From an uncultured Acidobacteriota bacterium (GTDB lineage Bacteria; Acidobacteriota; Thermoanaerobaculia; UBA5066; Gp7-AA6): DNA of 64,000 nucleotides. The notes beneath the pieces are model-generated. The model saw nothing but the letters and a program-made list of their open reading frames with translations. It did no database searches and was not told the DNA's origin. Shown piece after piece: positions 11,844-19,757 of the stretch. Position 1 is the first letter of the stretch, and each line of letters starts with the position of its first letter. Made by a program: the position numbers and the translations under genes. The stretch spans positions 64,001 to 128,000 of the forward strand of contig CAVXTP010000009.1 of the NCBI GenBank assembly GCA_963764715.1, read 5' to 3'.

Positions 11844-11896
11844 GATAGTGGTCATACGCGGTCCCCGGCAAGTGGCTATTGCGGCAGACCGCTTTC
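11844..11896 (+). promoter_or_regulatory. Putative MocR operator, copy 1
   Basis: GATAGTGGTCATA-N13-AAGTGGCTATTG-N6-ACCGCTTTC, in the divergent mocR/DUF1223 intergenic region. Confidence 0.75.
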
Positions 11897-11970
11897 TGCG
11901 GCGAGACTGCTCGAGCCGGGGGCGGACGCCGTTCCCAGTGACGGGCGGACTTGTCTATGGAGGTGTACGG

Positions 11971-12747
11971 ATGACACGCGATCTGTGGCTGGCCGCGGTC
12001 TGCGTTTTCGCGGCGTCGCAAGCGGCGGGGGAGGATCCGGCGGGCGCGGGGGGACTCCCGGCGGCCCCGGATGGGGTCGTCGTCGTCGAGCTCTTCACCT
12101 CCCAGGGCTGCTCGAGCTGCCCGCCGGCCGACCGGCTGCTGCGGGAGCTCGGCGAGCGGGGAGCGGGAAAGCTCGTGCCGCTCGCCTACCACGTGGACTT
12201 CTGGAACCACGTCGGCTGGACCGATCCGTTCTCGAGCGCCGACTGGACGAAGCGGCAGGAGGCCTACGCGCGGCGGCTGCATCTCGGCAGCGTCTACACG
12301 CCGCAGGCCGTCGTCGACGGCGCCGCGGAGTTCGTCGGGTCCGACGCCTCGGCGCTCCAGGCCGCGATCGCGGCCGCGGCGGCAAAGCCGGCCGCGTCGA
12401 TCGCGCTGCGGCTCGAGCCGCGCGACGCGAAGGTCCTGGTCGAGGCGGCGGTGGAGCTTCCCGAGACGCTCCGCGACCGGAAGTGGGACCTCATGGTGGC
12501 GCTTTACGAGACGGGGCTCTCGACGGCCGTCGGGCGCGGCGAGAACGGCGGACGAACGCTCCGCAACGACTACGTCGTCCGGAGCCTCCAGCGCGCGGGC
12601 CGCGTGAAGGACTCGTCGAAGGAGGAGGCGACGGTGAAGCTCGAGGCCGGCTGGAACCGGGCCAACCTCGGCGTCGCGGCGTTCCTCCAGGACCCCGGCA
12701 CGCTCGAGATCCGCGGAGCGAGCGCCCGCGCTCTTCCGGCGCCATGA
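11971..12747 (+). CDS. DUF1223 thioredoxin-like secreted protein
   Basis: Signal peptide; VVELFTSQGCSSCPPAD, LAYHVDFWN, YTPQAVVDG, GENGGRTLRNDYVVR. GGAGG RBS. Confidence 0.9.
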   Translation: MTRDLWLAAVCVFAASQAAGEDPAGAGGLPAAPDGVVVVELFTSQGCSSCPPADRLLRELGERGAGKLVPLAYHVDFWNHVGWTDPFSSADWTKRQEAYARRLHLGSVYTPQAVVDGAAEFVGSDASALQAAIAAAAAKPAASIALRLEPRDAKVLVEAAVELPETLRDRKWDLMVALYETGLSTAVGRGENGGRTLRNDYVVRSLQRAGRVKDSSKEEATVKLEAGWNRANLGVAAFLQDPGTLEIRGASARALPAP

Positions 12748-13211
12748 AGACCGCGCGCGCTCTCCTCTACGGCACGGTCGCCGTCGCCGTGATCGAGTCG
12801 ACGGAGGTGATGATCTTCTGGGGGCTGCGCGGGGTTTCGCCGGGTCAGATTCTCCAGTACATCGCGAGCGGCCTGCTCGGCCGGGCCGCGTTCGACGGAG
12901 GTTTCGCGACGACGTTCCTCGGCGCCGCGCTCCACTTCTTCAACTCCTTCGTGATCTTCGCGCTCTACCTCGCGGCGAGCCGGCGGTTCGCCGTCCTCCT
13001 GCGGCATCCGGTCGTGTGCGGCCTGCTCTACGGCGCCGGAGTCCATCTCTTCATGGCCTACGTCGTCATCCCGCTCTCGGCCGCCCGGAAGGGGCCCTTC
13101 AATCCGTGGCTGTTCCTTCACGGTCTCGTCAGCCAGGCGGTCGTCGTGGGACTCCCGTGCGCGTTCGTTTCCCGCGCGGCGGCCCGGGATAATGGTCATA
13201 GCGAACGATGA
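12744..13211 (+). CDS. Small 4-TM membrane protein (LQYIASGLLG motif)
   Basis: ATGA overlap with the DUF1223 gene. Four hydrophobic segments; conserved-looking ILQYIASGLLG..AF.GG and GLLYG...FM.YVVIPLS. Confidence 0.8.
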   Translation: MKTARALLYGTVAVAVIESTEVMIFWGLRGVSPGQILQYIASGLLGRAAFDGGFATTFLGAALHFFNSFVIFALYLAASRRFAVLLRHPVVCGLLYGAGVHLFMAYVVIPLSAARKGPFNPWLFLHGLVSQAVVVGLPCAFVSRAAARDNGHSER

Positions 13212-13240
13212 AAAAGTGGTTATTGGCGTAAACCGCTTTC
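13188..13240 (+). promoter_or_regulatory. Putative MocR operator, copy 2
   Basis: GATAATGGTCATA-N13-AAGTGGTTATTG-N6-ACCGCTTTC, with spacing identical to copy 1. Confidence 0.75.
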
Positions 13241-13258
13241 CGAGCGATCCTGCCGGAC

Positions 13259-14029
13259 ATGCGCTCGCTCCGGAGGGAATCGCGGTGGACGGGGGCCGCC
13301 CCGGCGCCGTCGCCCGCTGCGCGCCTTTCCCCGGCCGGCAGCGAGCCTGAGCCCGCGGGCCAGGACGTCCTGCGGCGCGCCGAGGCGCTCGGGATCCCCT
13401 GGCAGCGCATCGTGGCCGACGAGATCCTCGCGGAGCAGACGCTGCGCCGGCTTGCCCCGGACGTTTCCGCCGGGCTTCCGTTGACCGCCGCCGCGTCGGC
13501 GCTGCCCCTGTCGTTTCTGCGATCCTGGCGCGTGCGCGACCGGATCCACAACCTGTCCTGCGAAGCCCGCACCGCCTGCAGTCCCGCCGCCATCCGGGAG
13601 CTGCGGATCGTCTCGCGGAGGCTCATCGGGGCGCGGGAGCGCGAGGGGCAGACCCTCGCCACGCATCTCTGGTTCGCCTACCAGCGCGTGCTTCTTCTCG
13701 GCCGGGTCTGCCGCGCGGCGGCCCGCAGCCGCGGAACGACGGCCGAGCGGATCGCCGGGGTTTGCGCCGCCGCGCGCTGCGGCTTCGACGACGCGGCCTG
13801 GGCGGTCTGCCTCGAGGAGAGCCCGAAGGCCGGGCATCGTCTCGACGCGGCCGTGCGCAAGGTCCGCGAAGAGGGTTTCCTGATCCCGCGCGAGCCGACC
13901 GAGGCCCGGTCCTTCGCCGCGCTCCGCAACGCCGTCCGCCGCTCGCCCCATGTGGCGGGACGGAGGCGGCGGTCGGGCCGGCCGTCGGTCGGCGCGCCGC
14001 CCCGCGTCCCGGTCCCGCCCGGCGCCTGA
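13259..14029 (+). CDS. Hypothetical protein, 256 aa, no family recognised
   Basis: Fills the gap between operator copy 2 and the receptor gene. ATG start; helical-looking core. Confidence 0.55.
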   Translation: MRSLRRESRWTGAAPAPSPAARLSPAGSEPEPAGQDVLRRAEALGIPWQRIVADEILAEQTLRRLAPDVSAGLPLTAAASALPLSFLRSWRVRDRIHNLSCEARTACSPAAIRELRIVSRRLIGAREREGQTLATHLWFAYQRVLLLGRVCRAAARSRGTTAERIAGVCAAARCGFDDAAWAVCLEESPKAGHRLDAAVRKVREEGFLIPREPTEARSFAALRNAVRRSPHVAGRRRRSGRPSVGAPPRVPVPPGA

Positions 14030-14173
14030 GCGACCGCCCTCGTCCCGCGCGATCCGATCTCTCCGATTCTCCTCCGACATGCTGAACTTCTTGGCTTCGT
14101 TAATGGAAATCGTCGGCTCCGCAAGCGCCTCGTGCGGCGGGTGTTCCCTCGATTCTGGGGAGATTCGTGCCCG

Positions 14174-14189
14174 TGGCAGTCGCATTGCT
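14174..14189 (+). promoter_or_regulatory. Putative sigma54 (-24/-12) promoter of the TonB-dependent receptor
   Basis: TGGCAGTCGCATTGCT: GG at 14175-6 and GC at 14187-8, about 50 bp upstream of the ATG. Confidence 0.65.
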
Positions 14190-14237
14190 CCCGGACGGGC
14201 CCGCGACGCCCGGTGGTCGGGCGCGAAGGAGGACACG

Positions 14238-17200
14238 ATGGAATCGAGAAGTTTCGTGAGGCTCGGGAGGATGGCGCGGGCGGTCCTCGCGGCCGTTCTC
14301 GTCGGGTTGGTTTTTCAGCCGGCCGGTCTCCACGCCCAGACGACCGGAACGGTGGAGGGGACGGTCGCCGATCAGAGCAACTCGCCTCTGCCCGGCGTGA
14401 CCGTCGAGCTCACGAGCCCCAATCTGCAGGGGACCCGGACCGCGGTCACGGCCGCGGACGGCCGTTATCGCTTCCCGTCGGTCCCACCGGGCGCGTACAC
14501 GGTCACCGCGGAGCTCTCGGGTTTCGGCAAGGTGCAGCGGAAAGCGACGGTGACGCTCGACGCGACGGCGACCGTCAACCTGTCGCTGTCGCTCTCGACG
14601 TCGGCCGAAATCACCGTCACCGGCGAGGCGCCGATGGTCGACTCGACGTCGACGACCCAGGGCTCCAACTACTCGGCGAAGGTCATCGACAAACTGCCGG
14701 TCGGACGCAACTACGCGGACATCGTGTTCACGCAGCCGGGCGTCCAGGCGGACTTCGGCGAGACGATGGGCCGCTCCATGGCGATCTCGATCTACGGGTC
14801 GACGTCGTCGGAGAACCTGTTCCTGATCGACGGCGTCAACACGACGAACGTCATCAAGGGCATGCAGGGCAAGGACCTCAACACCGAGTTCATCCAGGAA
14901 GTCGAAGTGAAGACGGGCGGCTACCAGGCCGAGTACGGCCGCAACACGGGGGGCGTCGTCAACGTCATCACGAAGTCGGGCGGCAACGAGTTCCACGGCG
15001 GCATCTTCGGCTACTACAACGACACGGGCATGCGCGCCGACCAGAAGAACGGCGAGATCCCCAACTTCGCCTCGCCGGACTTCTCGGAGACGGGGGACGC
15101 GCAGTTCCAGAACAACGTTTTCGAGAAGGACGTTCGTCAGGAGTGGGGCGCCGACCTCGGCGGCTTCATCCTGAAGGACAAGGTCTGGTTCTTCGGCGCG
15201 TACAACCGCGTCCAGGTCAACCAGAACCTCCAGATGCTCGACCTGACCAACACGGACACGTTCGGCAACCTCTATCCCGAAAGCTTCGTCCAGAACAAGT
15301 ACTCGGGCAAGCTGACCTTCAACATCATGCAGGGCACCTCGATCATCGGCAGCGTCTTCTCGGACTCGCAGACGCAGGAAGGCGCCATCGCGATCCCGAC
15401 GGGCCTCTCGCCGTTCCAGTACAACGGCCGCCGCGACACGGGCGGACCGGACTACGGGGCGCGTTTGAACCAGCTCTTCGGCTCGTTCGGCATCTTCACG
15501 TTCCAGTACGCCCAGCACTCCGATCGGTTCGCGACGAAGCCCTTCGGCGCCGACGTTCCCTCGATCCGCGACTACACGCTCGATCCGAACGGCGTGCAGT
15601 TCCAGACGACGGGCGGGTTCGGCAACGTCTTCGGGCCGACGCTGAACAACAACTCGAAGCGCGAGCTCTACGGCGGCTCCTTCACGGCCTACGCCGGGAA
15701 CCACGAGATCAAGCTCGGCGGCGACTACCAGAACGACTCGACCTCGGGCGCGACGTACTTCACGGGCGGCCAGCGCCTGCGCATCCGTCCCTGCCTCCAG
15801 ACGGGCTCGAGCATTTGCGACCTGTCGGTGGCGCCGTTCTACACGAACTCGGCGGGGCAGACGCAGCAGGTCTTCTACCAGCACGACCTGCTGGCGGACG
15901 GCACCGCCAACGACTTCTCGATCATCGACGCGTCGCCCTTCAGCACCCCCACGAAGCGCTACAGCGGCTTCATCCAGGACCAGTGGCGGATCATCCCGAC
16001 CCTGACCCTGAACGTCGGCGTCCGCTACGACACGGAGTCGTTCTACGGCTTCTCGCCGGATCCCGCGATCGGCGAGTTCAAGGCCTTCTCGATGAGCAAC
16101 GAGTGGTCGCCGCGCATCGGCGTGGTGTGGGATTTCACGGGCGACGGCACCTCGAAGCTGTACGCTTCGGCCGGCCGCTTCTACTTCTCGCTCCCGACCG
16201 ACCTGAACGTCCGCGTGTTCACGGCCAACTCCGCGGTGACGAGCTTCAACTACAGCCCGACCTCGATCGATCAGGCCTCCAACGCGCCGCGCAATCTCCT
16301 GTTCCAGGGCGGCAGCGCCTCCGGTGAGCCGGTGGATGGCTGGACGGACGGCCAGCTCAACGGGACGCCCCGCACCAAGGCCTCCTACCAGGACGAGCTG
16401 ACCATCGGCGTCGAGAAGGCTCTCGACCCGACGCTGTCGGTCGGCCTGAAGGGCACCTACCGCACGCTCGGCCGCACGGTCGAAGACCGCTGCGACCTCG
16501 ACGGCAACGTGGCTCCTTCGACGTGCGCTCTCTTCAACCCGGGCAGCGACGGCCAGGCGGCCTCGGGGTTCTTCCCGACGTGCAACGGCTCGGCGAACCC
16601 GACCGACCCGACGGCCGGCGAGTGCTCCGCGACGGGCTTTGCGACCGGCGACGCCAAGCGCATCTTCCGGGGCATCGAGGCCACGGCCCGCAAACAGTTC
16701 ACCAACCAGTTCTGGGCCCAGATGTCCTTCCTGTACTCGTCGTTGAAGGGCAATTACTCCGGCGCCATCCGCGAGGCCTCGGGCCAGACGGACCCCGGCA
16801 TCAACGCCGACTACGACTACTACCAGTTCACGTTCAACTCGTACGGCAACCTCGAGCTCGACCGGCCGATCCAGGCCCGCATCGACACGGTCTACAACGC
16901 GCCGTTCGGCCTCTCGGCGGGCGCCCAGTTCTACGTCCGCTCGGGACTTCCGGTCTCGCGCTTCGGCTTCTTCAACAACTTCTACCCGGACCTGCTGTAC
17001 CTCGACACGCGCGGAACGAACACGCACGCGTTCTTCGTCGACAACCGGACCCCGACGGACTACGACCTGAACCTCTCTCTCGGTTACAACATCAACGTCG
17101 GCCCGGTGACGATCACGCCGCAGGCGTACCTGTACAACGTGATCAACCGTCAGACGGCCACCAGCTACGACGCGACGTTCAACCCCGGCGGAAGCTTCGT

Positions 17201-17366
17201 GACGGACACGACGAGCCCCTTCTACGGCCAGGCCGGTCTGGCGCCTGGAGAGGGAACCTGCCCGGCGGCCGCCACGGCGCCCTGCCCGGACAACATCGAC
17301 TACCTGAAGGTCAACGCGCGCAACAACCCGCGGCTTCTCCGCGTGGCGCTCAAGGTCACCTTCTAG
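14238..17366 (+). CDS. Oar-like TonB-dependent receptor with N-terminal carboxypeptidase-regulatory-like domain
   Basis: AAGGAGG RBS, signal peptide, PLPGVTVE...G.Y.VTAELSGF, plug motif EVEVKTGGYQAEYGRNTGGVVNVITKSG, C-terminal LKVTF. Confidence 0.93.
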   Translation: MESRSFVRLGRMARAVLAAVLVGLVFQPAGLHAQTTGTVEGTVADQSNSPLPGVTVELTSPNLQGTRTAVTAADGRYRFPSVPPGAYTVTAELSGFGKVQRKATVTLDATATVNLSLSLSTSAEITVTGEAPMVDSTSTTQGSNYSAKVIDKLPVGRNYADIVFTQPGVQADFGETMGRSMAISIYGSTSSENLFLIDGVNTTNVIKGMQGKDLNTEFIQEVEVKTGGYQAEYGRNTGGVVNVITKSGGNEFHGGIFGYYNDTGMRADQKNGEIPNFASPDFSETGDAQFQNNVFEKDVRQEWGADLGGFILKDKVWFFGAYNRVQVNQNLQMLDLTNTDTFGNLYPESFVQNKYSGKLTFNIMQGTSIIGSVFSDSQTQEGAIAIPTGLSPFQYNGRRDTGGPDYGARLNQLFGSFGIFTFQYAQHSDRFATKPFGADVPSIRDYTLDPNGVQFQTTGGFGNVFGPTLNNNSKRELYGGSFTAYAGNHEIKLGGDYQNDSTSGATYFTGGQRLRIRPCLQTGSSICDLSVAPFYTNSAGQTQQVFYQHDLLADGTANDFSIIDASPFSTPTKRYSGFIQDQWRIIPTLTLNVGVRYDTESFYGFSPDPAIGEFKAFSMSNEWSPRIGVVWDFTGDGTSKLYASAGRFYFSLPTDLNVRVFTANSAVTSFNYSPTSIDQASNAPRNLLFQGGSASGEPVDGWTDGQLNGTPRTKASYQDELTIGVEKALDPTLSVGLKGTYRTLGRTVEDRCDLDGNVAPSTCALFNPGSDGQAASGFFPTCNGSANPTDPTAGECSATGFATGDAKRIFRGIEATARKQFTNQFWAQMSFLYSSLKGNYSGAIREASGQTDPGINADYDYYQFTFNSYGNLELDRPIQARIDTVYNAPFGLSAGAQFYVRSGLPVSRFGFFNNFYPDLLYLDTRGTNTHAFFVDNRTPTDYDLNLSLGYNINVGPVTITPQAYLYNVINRQTATSYDATFNPGGSFVTDTTSPFYGQAGLAPGEGTCPAAATAPCPDNIDYLKVNARNNPRLLRVALKVTF

Positions 17367-17389
17367 GTCTTCCTCCCCGCTTCTCATCT

Positions 17390-17415
17390 GGGGCGGCTTC
17401 GGCCGCCCCTTTTTT
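17390..17415 (+). terminator. Intrinsic terminator
   Basis: GGGGCGGC-TTCG-GCCGCCCC followed by TTTTTT. Confidence 0.92.
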
Positions 17416-17439
17416 GCGCGATTCCCGAATAATGCCGGC

Positions 17440-18286
17440 ATGGCGAGACCGCGAGCGATCGTCCCTCCCGGCCCGGGCGAGCGCGATACGGTCGTCGGCG
17501 GCCGTTCGCTGGCGCTCGCGCGAGGTCGACGGAGTCGGCGACCCGGTCCTCTTCGTTCACGGCCTCCTCGCGTCCTCCGCGACCTGGCAGGCCGTGCTCG
17601 CGCCGGCCGCCGCCGGCCGGCCCGCGATCGCGGTCGACCTTCCGGGATCCGGCTTTTCGGACCGGCCCTGGCCCTACGACTATTCGGTCGCCGGCGAAAG
17701 CCGGGACCTCGCCGCCTACCTCGAGGCGCGCGGGATCGCGCGGGCCTCGATCGTCGGCAACTCGCTCGGCGGCGCCGCCTCGATGGCCCTCGCTTCCGAA
17801 CGCCCCGACCTCGTCGCGTCGCTCGTGCTCGTCGATGCCGCGACCCCGGAGGCGAGGATCCCGTGGACGATCCGGGCGCTGCGGACGCGGGGAATCGGCG
17901 AGGCGGCGCTCGCGATGGCGACCCGGCCCGTCGTCTCCTACGGTCTGCGCCATCGCCTCTACGCGAACGGCCGGCGCGTCACCGACGACGTGATCGACGA
18001 CGCGTGGAGGCCGCTCGGCATTCCGGGCACGCGCCGGGCGGCGCTCGCGGCGATCCGGTCGGACCCGCGCGAGTACGTCGGCATCGAGGCCGGGATCCGC
18101 GCGCCGACGCTGATCGTGTGGGGCGCCGGGGATCGGCTGCTGCGGCGCCGCGAGGGCGAGCGGCTCGCCTCCCGGATCGCCGGCGCCCGGCTGGAGCTCA
18201 TCCCGGACGCGGGCCACCTGCCGCAGCGGGAAAGGTCCGAGGAGTTCGTCGCCGTGGTCGCGCGGTTCCTGGCCGCAGGCGGCTGA
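17440..18286 (+). CDS. Alpha/beta hydrolase; start probably 17440 with a +1 frameshift near 17500 (alternatively an in-frame ATG at 17432)
   Basis: VLFVHG, VDLPGSGFS, GNSLGG nucleophile elbow, LIVWGAGD, AGHLP. Confidence 0.88.
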
Positions 18287-18290
18287 CCCG

Positions 18291-18857
18291 TCAGTTCCCG
18301 CAGCGCGCGGCCACCCGCGCCGTGATCACGCGCGGGTCCGGGGGCGTTTCGCCGAGGCCCAGTGTGTGGAGCGCCTCGTGGATGAGGGTGTTCGCCGTCA
18401 GTCCCGCGTTTCGCCGTTCCTGCGCGAGAAACTGGTCCCAGCAGACGTGCACGGCGCGGCTGCCCGGCGAGGTCCAGGCGAGCGTCGAGCGGGGCCCGCA
18501 GGCCTCCGTCGGCCGGCCGTCGTAGAAGAGGACGAGCGAAAGGTAGGAAGCGGCGGTGTGGCCGAGCGCCTCGACGTTCCGGTCGAGGCGGCGCCCGCGC
18601 ATGTCCTCGAAGTCCGTGAGCACCTCGGCGCAGCGGCTGTCCGAGAGCCGGCGGCGAGCCTCTTCGAGCGACGGGCGGAACTCTCCGGGGAGGCGGCGGT
18701 CGATGAAGAACGTCAGCGCCGCCGGGAATGCCGCGGGCTGAACGGAGAGAGGGCCCGCCTCGTTCTCGAAGGCCGACGCGGGCCCGCTCGCGAGGATTGC
18801 CGCGGCGACGATCGACCACCGCAACGCGGCGACTCGTCTCCGGGGCGGCCTCTCCAT
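18291..18857 (-). CDS. Secreted putative zinc metallopeptidase (HEXXH)
   Basis: N-terminal signal peptide; TLIHEALHTLGLGE; four Cys. Confidence 0.7.
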   Translation of the reverse strand: MERPPRRRVAALRWSIVAAAILASGPASAFENEAGPLSVQPAAFPAALTFFIDRRLPGEFRPSLEEARRRLSDSRCAEVLTDFEDMRGRRLDRNVEALGHTAASYLSLVLFYDGRPTEACGPRSTLAWTSPGSRAVHVCWDQFLAQERRNAGLTANTLIHEALHTLGLGETPPDPRVITARVAARCGN

Positions 18858-18997
18858 CGCGCCTCTCCCGCGGGGGAGAACGCGGCCCCGGGAATTCCCG
18901 GAGCGTCCCCTCCGCTATGGGAGACGGTCGCGCAGCGGAACCTCCGAGGTCTTGAGAGCGTCATTGAAATGTGCTGACTTTTTTGTGAGTGCCAAAC

Positions 18998-19631
18998 ATG
19001 CGCATCCAGATCGGGGAATGCACTTTTGACTCGCTTCGCCGCGAGGTCCATCGCGGCGGCGCGCCCGTCCACCTGTCGCCGAAGGCCTTCGAGCTCCTCG
19101 GCGTCCTGCTCGAGCGCCGGCCGCGCGCGCTGTCGAAGGACGAGCTGTTCCAGCGGCTCTGGCCGGACAGCTTCGTGACGGAGGCGAGCCTCGCCGGGCT
19201 CGTCGCCGAGATCCGGCGCGAGATCGGCGACGACGCGCGCGACCCGCGGTACCTGCGCACCGTGCACGGTTACGGATACGCGTTTTCCGCGGACGGGACA
19301 CGCGCGGCGGACGACGAGGGCGTCTATCGTCTCATCTGGGGCGTGCGCGAGGTCCCGCTGGCGGGCGGGGAGAACGTGCTCGGCCGCGAGCCCGGCGCCG
19401 CCGTCTCGATCGACGACGCGACCGTGTCGCGCCACCACGCGCGGATCCTGATCGACCGGGGCCGGGCCGTCATCGAGGACCTCGGTAGCAAGAACGGCAC
19501 CTGGCTGCGCGGCGCCCGCATCGCCGCGTCGGAGGCCCTCGTCGGACGGCGACCAGATCCGCATCGGCTCCGTGCCCATGACGTTTCGCTGTTTCGCCGC
19601 GGAGCGGCCGACCGAAACTCACCGTTCCTAG
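18998..19631 (+). CDS. OmpR/CadC-type winged-helix plus FHA domain regulator; apparent +1 frameshift near 19543
   Basis: LSPKAFELL..LWPDSFV..YLRTVHGYGY (wHTH); LGR..VSRHHARI..DLGSKNGT (FHA). Ends DGDQIRIG...TAG at 19629-19631. Confidence 0.88.
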
Positions 19632-19757
19632 GCCGACCGCCGGCCCGTCCCCCGAAAACGCCGCTCCGGCAGCGCCAGGGACCCGCTCGTCATCCTGAAA
19701 AGAACCTTGCCGGAGGACGAACGTAGTCTTGGTGTTGGCTCTCGCCACTGGAGCCGA

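Noticed and set aside
14100-17441. 1113-aa antisense ORF, and similar ones such as 22146-25316, 54685-58932 and 58412-61288
   Set aside because: Shadow ORFs opposite genes with strong GC3 bias; no motifs, and Arg/Gly/Val-rich composition.
18950-18980. TTGA/CTGA repeats as a wHTH binding site
   Set aside because: Only 4-bp units with uneven 12- and 10-bp spacing; too weak to call without comparative data.
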